Virus record (IMG/VR): IMGVR_UViG_3300045988_145890
Direction: 5' to 3' (one strand)
Length of the DNA stretch: 48,744 nt
Source: a virus
The notes beneath the pieces were generated by a model. That model was not told where the DNA came from, ran no database searches, and saw only the letters and a program-made list of their open reading frames with translations. Shown piece after piece: positions 43,693-48,744 of the stretch; position 1 is the first letter of the stretch, and the number at the start of each line of letters is the position of its first letter. The position numbers were made by a program, and so were the translations under genes.

Positions 43693-43839
43693 ATGAGTAG
43701 TAATGCAAAGAGGTGTTCTAACTGTAGTAGTAGTTCAATGGAACATTGCTTAAAAATAAAATGTAAATACTGGGCAGCAGGAAGTCATTTGGATAATAAA
43801 AAGGAAAAGAAAAATGGGAGAGTCAATAACAACAACTGA
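43693..43839 (+). CDS. hypothetical 48-aa Cys-rich protein
   Basis: CSNC...C...C pattern. GAGGAG upstream. Confidence 0.4.
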   Translation: MSSNAKRCSNCSSSSMEHCLKIKCKYWAAGSHLDNKKEKKNGRVNNNN

Positions 43840-44041
43840 TACGGAAAGAACAAAAGTTGATAAAGCGATGATCGTTGTTACAGGAACAAAGGAAAAGCCG
43901 TATTTTGAGATACTTTACCATGAGATTGGTAAAGATTATGACAATATTGGTTTTGGTTCGTACGACTTAAATAATGTATTTGATTGGAAAGAACAGTATT
44001 TAGAAGTACAGCATTTAGAAGTTGTGAAGGAGGAGTTGTAG
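43814..44041 (+). CDS. hypothetical protein
   Basis: 75 aa. AAGGAAAAG RBS. Confidence 0.55.
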   Translation: MGESITTTDTERTKVDKAMIVVTGTKEKPYFEILYHEIGKDYDNIGFGSYDLNNVFDWKEQYLEVQHLEVVKEEL

Positions 44042-44042
44042 A

Positions 44043-44555
44043 ATGATTAAATGTAATGTATGCGGCGAACAGGTTGAGTTAAGAAAAGAGAACAGATATG
44101 AAGTGCTTATTAAAGCAAGCACATTACAAAAATCTCTTGGGATCAAAGATAGTTTATATGAAGCATTTGATTGCCCTAGCTGTGGATGTCAAATGCTTAT
44201 GCAAGAAAGATTCCCAGTAAAGGAAGAGGCTAAAATTGCAGAAGAGCGTGCAGATGAATGCAATGGTTGTTGTGTTGAAAGTGATGATGATGCAGAAGAT
44301 ACAAAAACGAGTGAACAGAAGAAAGTAGCAGTCAGAAGTAGATTTGCAGATTGTAAATGTGATGCAATAGAGGTGGAATGGAAGGACGATGATGAGATAG
44401 CAGGTTCGCGTGCTGATATTTCCGGTGCAGATGTAGAAGAGTCTGTCGAAGAAGATGATAATCACATTGACAATAAAGATTTGTCTTGTGATTATGACTA
44501 TAATGCAATGACAAAAGAAGAGCTTGTTAAATTGTGCAAAGAAAGAGGGGGTTAA
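44043..44555 (+). CDS. zinc-ribbon/acidic protein with a C-terminal HeH motif interrupted at a G5 run
   Basis: CNVC...CPSC. Ends MTKEELVKLCKERGG-stop. The +1 frame continues as VKISSVKYVEKQTLIDKLVKNDKFMEGWE to 44640. Confidence 0.55.
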   Translation: MIKCNVCGEQVELRKENRYEVLIKASTLQKSLGIKDSLYEAFDCPSCGCQMLMQERFPVKEEAKIAEERADECNGCCVESDDDAEDTKTSEQKKVAVRSRFADCKCDAIEVEWKDDDEIAGSRADISGADVEESVEEDDNHIDNKDLSCDYDYNAMTKEELVKLCKERGG

Positions 44556-44639
44556 AATTAGTTCTGTAAAATATGTTGAAAAACAAACCTTAATTGATAA
44601 GTTGGTTAAAAATGATAAGTTTATGGAAGGCTGGGAATA

Positions 44640-44771
44640 ATGGAATATAAATTATTGTGCTTTGGAAAACATGAAGATACAGTAAGATGCGGAATGTGCC
44701 CAGATGAAGGAACATGCGAATGCGAAACGAAATATCAGGGAGAAGAAAATGAAAAGAATAAGCAAAGATGA
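44640..44771 (+). CDS. hypothetical 43-aa Cys-rich protein
   Basis: TAATG-type overlap. MEYKLLCFGKHEDTVRCGMCPDEGTCECE... Confidence 0.35.
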   Translation: MEYKLLCFGKHEDTVRCGMCPDEGTCECETKYQGEENEKNKQR

Positions 44772-45198
44772 ATATTACTTAGGAATTGCATTAGCAGTAT
44801 CAAGAAGAAGTACGTGTTTAAAAAGACATTATGGTTGTGTTATTGTAAAGAATGATGAGATCATTGCTACAGGCTATAATGGATCACCAAGAGGAGAAGA
44901 AAACTGTTGCGATTTAGGTAAATGCAAAAGACTAAATGTTCCACATAATAGTGGTGATTATTCTGATTGTCATTCAGTTCATGCAGAACAAAATGCTATG
45001 TTGTCAACTAGTAGAAATGAAATGATTGGTGCAACAATGTATTTAGCTGGTGAAGAGAAGGCAGACTTTAGCCAAAGTTGTTGGTTCGATATAGAAGATG
45101 CTACTCCATGTCCTATCTGTGAAAGAATGATTAAGAATGCAGGAATTATTTCTGTAAAAAATGCAAAAAGTTGCAAAAACCTATTTACAAATGAGTAG
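44749..45198 (+). CDS. dCMP deaminase
   Basis: ATG 44749 follows GGGAGAAG. YYLGIALAVSRRSTC, zinc motifs HAEQNA and PCPICERMI. Confidence 0.85.
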   Translation: MKRISKDEYYLGIALAVSRRSTCLKRHYGCVIVKNDEIIATGYNGSPRGEENCCDLGKCKRLNVPHNSGDYSDCHSVHAEQNAMLSTSRNEMIGATMYLAGEEKADFSQSCWFDIEDATPCPICERMIKNAGIISVKNAKSCKNLFTNE

Positions 45199-45215
45199 AT
45201 ATGTGTTATTATAAT
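45184..45215 (+). promoter_or_regulatory. sigma70-like promoter (family member) embedded in the dCMP deaminase 3' end
   Basis: AAAAACCTATTTACA with TTTACA at 45184-45189, 17-nt spacer, TATTAT(AAT) at 45207-45215. The deaminase stop is at 45196-45198. Confidence 0.55.
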
Positions 45216-45259
45216 ATCAACAAATAAATAAACTACTAAACATCTAGGAGGATAAAATA

Positions 45260-45454
45260 ATGAAAGCAATAGTAAAATTCAAAGACAATGGAGCACGTAG
45301 ACAGAAAACAATTGAAGTAGAGAAAAATGAACCAAATGCAATTGTAAGAAAATTTATTGAAGTAATGAATATGCCTAAGTATACGTATATTACAACAGTG
45401 AAATGTGGTAGAATAGAATATCAGTGGTTTGGTGATGCAAATGGTGCATTTTAG
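45260..45454 (+). CDS. hypothetical protein
   Basis: 64 aa. AGGAGG RBS. Confidence 0.6.
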   Translation: MKAIVKFKDNGARRQKTIEVEKNEPNAIVRKFIEVMNMPKYTYITTVKCGRIEYQWFGDANGAF

Positions 45455-45464
45455 ATAAAAATAA

Positions 45465-45485
45465 AGCCGGGTGAAATTCCCGGCT
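45465..45485 (+). promoter_or_regulatory. GC-rich hairpin with TGAAATT loop (twin of 31403)
   Basis: AGCCGGG-TGAAATT-CCCGGCT. Confidence 0.5.
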
Positions 45486-45511
45486 ATTATAATATTTAAG
45501 GAGAGAAGAAG

Positions 45512-46375
45512 TTGGGAATTATTGATGAAATTAAAAATAATGCTGTAAAGAGTGGAACAAAAATTCAAAGTTCAGATGCAGCAAAATTAGAAAAAATATT
45601 TAATAAAATGTTTTATACTGAACATAATATCGAAGAAGAAACAAAGTTCATACATCAGGTTATGACAAGAGGTCTTGAATCGCAGGAACGTGTAGGCCTA
45701 CATGCTTCATCATTGATTGTTGGTGATAAGGTGTGGTGTACAAGGCAGGAGGTTCTTAGCTTATTGTATAAGCAAGTTCAAAAGGAAAACACTTCTATAG
45801 GATTGTTAAGAATCTTTGAGGAAGGAAATGTAATTCATGAAAAGTGGCAAAGGTTATTGATTCGTGCTGGGTATGGTAAAGCAAAAACAATGGACCGGAC
45901 AAGATTTAATACTGAATATGAAGTATCATATACACCAGATATTGTTTGCAGAATTCCAGAGTTCTTTGATGGTGTAATGGTTGGAGAGATCAAGTCAGTC
46001 AATTCATTTAGCTTTAAGAAAATGACTGAACATCCAAGTGCAAAGAAACAGTTACAACTTTATATGTTTTTATGTATTCAAGAAGCAATGAAAAAAGGAA
46101 CATGGAACGGTAAAGACTACACAAAAGGATTTGTTCTTTGTGATTCGAAAAACGATCAGGACTTCAAACTATTCATTTATGATTATGACGAAGACTTTCT
46201 TTCTCCGTATATTGATCGTATGGAAGAGGTCAAGTATAGAAAAGAAAAGCTACTTCAGGAACATAAAATGATTCCAAGGTGCAAAGATTGTAAATCATGT
46301 GATTGCAAAAAAGCAATGGATTGTAATATGAGGAATGCATGTTGGGATGTTGGCTTCGGAAGGATTAAACTATGA
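45512..46375 (+). CDS. PD-(D/E)xK nuclease, Cas4/RecB-like, with C-terminal Cys cluster
   Basis: YTPDIVCR...GEIKSVNS (D...ExK). C-terminal CKDCKSCDC...C...C. TTG start 8 nt after AAGGAG. Confidence 0.55.
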   Translation: MGIIDEIKNNAVKSGTKIQSSDAAKLEKIFNKMFYTEHNIEEETKFIHQVMTRGLESQERVGLHASSLIVGDKVWCTRQEVLSLLYKQVQKENTSIGLLRIFEEGNVIHEKWQRLLIRAGYGKAKTMDRTRFNTEYEVSYTPDIVCRIPEFFDGVMVGEIKSVNSFSFKKMTEHPSAKKQLQLYMFLCIQEAMKKGTWNGKDYTKGFVLCDSKNDQDFKLFIYDYDEDFLSPYIDRMEEVKYRKEKLLQEHKMIPRCKDCKSCDCKKAMDCNMRNACWDVGFGRIKL

Positions 46376-46569
46376 AAGTAAGTAAAGGAGCAATTGTTGT
46401 AGGAATAAATCCGTACAATAATAAAAAAAGAAAATTCAAATTCTTAGGCAAAAGTAAAGGCATAGAAAAGTATACACATCCAATTTGTTTATATGATTAT
46501 AAGGAAAAATGTGTTGTAATGATAACTAATGAATTTGCTAAATTATGGAAGATAAAGCCATATGAGTAG
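46372..46569 (+). CDS. hypothetical protein
   Basis: 65 aa. ATGA overlap with the upstream stop. Confidence 0.5.
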   Translation: MKVSKGAIVVGINPYNNKKRKFKFLGKSKGIEKYTHPICLYDYKEKCVVMITNEFAKLWKIKPYE

Positions 46570-47317
46570 AATATGTCCTATAAATCATTCTGTTGTACTT
46601 TATTTGGACTGTTTGGATTGTGATGATAAAATATGCATTCATCCAAATAAAAGTCCTCAGAATGTCAAATATGAGCTCAGAGAGGTATATAATAAAATGC
46701 ATACAATAGTAATAGGAATAGATCAGTCATATAAAGATACTGGTATTTCAGTATGGTTTGACGGTAAGCTAAAACAAGCAACTGATTGTTTCACACAAAA
46801 TCTTGAGAACAATACGGTAAAAAGAAAAACATTAAGATCAAGGCTGCTAAATATATTTGGTAAATTAAATGCAAAAAAGTTAACATATGAATCAATAAAA
46901 GAAGAATGTCAAATAATATGCATTATTGAACGCATTCGTTTACAATCACAAGGATTTATTAACATTGACTATATAAAATCAATTGGTGCTTTAAATGCTA
47001 TGATTGTAGATACTGCAAACCAATATAATATTCCAGTTTATTCTGTTGATACAAGGGCATGGAAATCAGCATCAGTAGGTACATCAAAGGAAAAAGCAAA
47101 CAAATATGGTTTTGATCCTAAAAAGTGGCCTACAATATTATGGTGTATAAAGCAAGGATATAAAAACAAAATTAAAGCAGATGCTGGAAGAAAAAAGAAA
47201 GGAGTAATTGAAAAGAACGAAGAAAGATTCACCTACAATGATAACATTGCTGATTCTATTGGTATTGGTAAATTTTACTTTGTAGGAAATCATAACTTAT
47301 TAAAGGAGGAACATTAA
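46562..47317 (+). CDS. ruvC: RuvC-like Holliday junction resolvase
   Basis: VIGIDQSYKDTGISV, ICIIERIRL and NDNIADSIGIG follow the RuvC D-E-D(D) layout. Cys-rich N-terminal extension. Alternative start at 46697. Confidence 0.6.
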   Translation: MSRICPINHSVVLYLDCLDCDDKICIHPNKSPQNVKYELREVYNKMHTIVIGIDQSYKDTGISVWFDGKLKQATDCFTQNLENNTVKRKTLRSRLLNIFGKLNAKKLTYESIKEECQIICIIERIRLQSQGFINIDYIKSIGALNAMIVDTANQYNIPVYSVDTRAWKSASVGTSKEKANKYGFDPKKWPTILWCIKQGYKNKIKADAGRKKKGVIEKNEERFTYNDNIADSIGIGKFYFVGNHNLLKEEH

Positions 47318-47318
47318 C

Positions 47319-47552
47319 TTGGGAAGTTATGGCCATTTAGGTAATAGCAAATCTGTATGCATGGATTGCAAAGATCGTATAATTGGATGTCATACTATAT
47401 GCGAAGCTTATCTTGAAGAAGTTGCAAAAAACAAAATAATTAAAGAAAAAAAGAAAAAAGAAGAAAATATTATCAAAGCATTAAAACATCTTGATCGTCC
47501 TAAAGTAAGTAGAAGATCAAATAATACACCACAAAGATGCCATATAAAATAA
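47319..47552 (+). CDS. small Cys-rich basic protein
   Basis: 77 aa. CMDC...C...C. TTG start after AAGGAGG. Confidence 0.5.
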   Translation: MGSYGHLGNSKSVCMDCKDRIIGCHTICEAYLEEVAKNKIIKEKKKKEENIIKALKHLDRPKVSRRSNNTPQRCHIK

Positions 47553-47570
47553 ATATACTTATATAATAGA

Positions 47571-47604
47571 GGCCTTAGATTAAGTTCTAAGGTCTTTTTA
47601 TTTT
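47571..47604 (+). terminator. rho-independent terminator
   Basis: Stem GGCCTTAGA/TCTAAGGTC, 6-nt loop, then TTTTTATTTT. Confidence 0.75.
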
Positions 47605-47697
47605 ATAGCCAATAAAATATTAAACCATTATATTAAAGTCCCTTAAAATGTCATATAATGAATCATAGAGATACATTAAATTTATTCAAATAACCTA

Positions 47698-47726
47698 TTT
47701 ACTTTTACATTGTTATGTATTATAAT
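47698..47726 (+). promoter_or_regulatory. sigma70-like promoter (family member)
   Basis: AACCTATTTACT with TTTACT at 47698-47703, 17-nt spacer, TATAAT at 47721-47726. Confidence 0.6.
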
Positions 47727-47770
47727 GACTATAGTAAATCAAATAAATACTTTGAAAAGGAGCAAAACAA

Positions 47771-48583
47771 ATGAAATTATCTAAAATCAATTCAAATGGT
47801 TATAAAGTCTATATGGAAGAATATAACTCTATTTCAGAGTTTGTTCAGACAATCAATTCAAGATCACAAAATCCAAATATGACATCAGTTCAGTCGGAAA
47901 ATGGAACTTATAAATTTACAGGTACAAACGATTATGATGAAGCAGAGAATTTATTATTACATGGCTGGACAGAGGAATCAGAAAAGCTTAATGAAATGTT
48001 AAAACTTAAAGCGTTAAAAGAAAGATCTGTTAAAAATACTTATGATGTAGCCGGCTTCCAATGTTCAGTTCCAAGATACTTACAAGGTATTCCAACAAAT
48101 ATGATAAATCAAAAAGTAGTCACAAAGAAACAAAAGGCAGTTACAATCACAAAGAATATATCATATTCATGTAAAGTACCAAAACAAAAAATAGAAGAAG
48201 AATCTATAAAAGTACTTCAACTTGTTAATAACTTAGAGAAACAAGGATATAGGGTTATTCTTAATGTTACGCTTATTACAAAGTCAAAAAATGAAAACAT
48301 AATTCTTTGTAATAAAGTAAGAATTAAAAATGCAAGTGAACGTCTCAATCTTTCAAAAATAAGTTTTCCAATGGTTCATCCTAGTTATTTAAGACGTATT
48401 CTTTTTAAATGGATGGAAACATTTGAATGCACAACAAAACAATTTAATGAATCTTATGGATTTCCTGTAAAATGCATAACATTTAATGATATTATTAAAA
48501 ACAATAAAAATGACAATGAATATTTTGCAGAAGCATTATACTTAGGCAAAGATACGTTAACATTGGATGATTTAATCAAATAA
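47771..48583 (+). CDS. hypothetical 270-aa protein (possible vWA-like fold)
   Basis: AAGGAG RBS. AVTITKNISYS followed by helix and strand segments loosely resembles a degenerate MIDAS/vWA layout. Confidence 0.5.
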   Translation: MKLSKINSNGYKVYMEEYNSISEFVQTINSRSQNPNMTSVQSENGTYKFTGTNDYDEAENLLLHGWTEESEKLNEMLKLKALKERSVKNTYDVAGFQCSVPRYLQGIPTNMINQKVVTKKQKAVTITKNISYSCKVPKQKIEEESIKVLQLVNNLEKQGYRVILNVTLITKSKNENIILCNKVRIKNASERLNLSKISFPMVHPSYLRRILFKWMETFECTTKQFNESYGFPVKCITFNDIIKNNKNDNEYFAEALYLGKDTLTLDDLIK

Positions 48584-48652
48584 TTGCTCTAGATGGTTGT
48601 AGATAGGTTCTGCATATGCATAAAATTTTTTTAACAAATTTTCAAAAACCTA

Positions 48653-48681
48653 TTTACAAATTCAGCAAAACGGTATATAAT
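48653..48681 (+). promoter_or_regulatory. sigma70-like promoter (family member) driving the AAA+ gene across the junction
   Basis: TTTACA (48653-48658), 17-nt spacer, TATAAT (48676-48681). Confidence 0.65.
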
Positions 48682-48693
48682 AATAACATAATC

Positions 48694-48744
48694 AATTAAA
48701 TAATAAATTAAATAATAAATTAAATAATAAATTAAATAATAAAT
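48694..48744. repeat. 12-bp tandem repeat; duplicate of 1..51
   Basis: Exact identity to the window start. Confidence 0.95.

Noticed and set aside
44640-44771. Cys-rich 43-aa peptide as a SCIFF/ranthipeptide-type substrate of the radical SAM/SPASM enzyme
   Set aside because: It has only five Cys and no resemblance to the SCIFF C-terminal motif. It lies 8 kb from the rSAM gene, whose neighbours are all nucleotide-metabolism genes.
575-45568. All other minus-strand ORFs in the track, for example 1156-1554, 10103-10369, 13207-13644, 20203-20619, 30635-30901, 36212-36580 and 43148-43567
   Set aside because: Each is nested in a well-supported + strand gene and lacks a Shine-Dalgarno sequence. 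The products are Leu/Ile/Phe/Ser-rich, as expected from the reverse complement of AT-rich coding DNA.
1-48744. Stop-codon reassignment (TAG, TGA or TAA recoding)
   Set aside because: The standard code gives full-length terL, portal, capsid, TMP, dnaE and primase without internal stops. The only clear tRNA is an ordinary tRNA-Gln(UUG), not a suppressor. The two in-frame TAA cases (3281 and 28191) are isolated, and TAA is the normal terminator for most genes here.
1-48744. Lysogeny module (integrase, CI/Cro-type repressors, attP)
   Set aside because: No tyrosine or serine recombinase motifs were seen in any ORF, and there is no divergently transcribed regulatory pair. The tRNA-like sequences are not adjacent to any recombinase. 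The phage looks virulent, though small HTH regulators among the unknown ORFs cannot be excluded by eye.

Overview
The window looks like a complete, self-closing genome of an AT-rich tailed dsDNA phage. The first 51 nt are identical to the last 51 nt, so the unique length is about 48.69 kb. All convincing genes are on the + strand; the minus-strand ORFs in the track look spurious.

Gene order:
- 79-7864: an early region of many small ORFs. It includes an AAA+ ATPase, RNase HI, a GNAT-like protein and several zinc-ribbon proteins.
- 7970-30865: packaging and morphogenesis. The order is terS, two tRNA-type genes, terL, an r1t-type holin plus an M15/SH3b endolysin (unusually placed between terL and portal), portal, a MuF-like head protein with an extra HExxH domain, a promoter-driven moron island, scaffold, an E-type major capsid protein, connectors, major tail protein, chaperones, tape measure, Dit, a Gp37-like tip protein, fibre ORFs and small membrane proteins.
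- 31115-47552: replication, recombination and nucleotide metabolism. This includes DnaG-type primase, a gp32-like SSB candidate, a MazG-like NTPase, a radical SAM/SPASM enzyme, a Tmk-like kinase, an unknown 283-aa protein, a ThyA homolog, DnaE-type polymerase, a DenV-like protein, RecA, dCMP deaminase, a Cas4-like nuclease and a RuvC-like resolvase.
- 47771-48583: one further gene before the junction.

I found no integrase, repressor, CRISPR array or reverse transcriptase. The endolysin and holin types and the low GC content suggest a Gram-positive (Firmicutes) host; that is inference.

The most interesting signal is the translationally coupled block at 35013-38475. The ThyA homolog there carries Asp at the pyrimidine-specificity position that is Asn in thymidylate synthases. 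That predicts a 5-modified cytosine pathway, here joined by a radical SAM/SPASM enzyme and an uncharacterised protein.

Other notable signals:
- A family of at least 10 near-identical promoter-leader cassettes.
- Three ORFs broken exactly at simple repeats: (TTTGC)3, A8 and G5.
- An in-frame TAA separating two fibre ORFs.
- A degenerate tRNA and a 12-bp-stem element between terS and terL.
- Recurring 22-nt and hairpin motifs.

All functional calls rest on motifs read by eye. No database search was possible.
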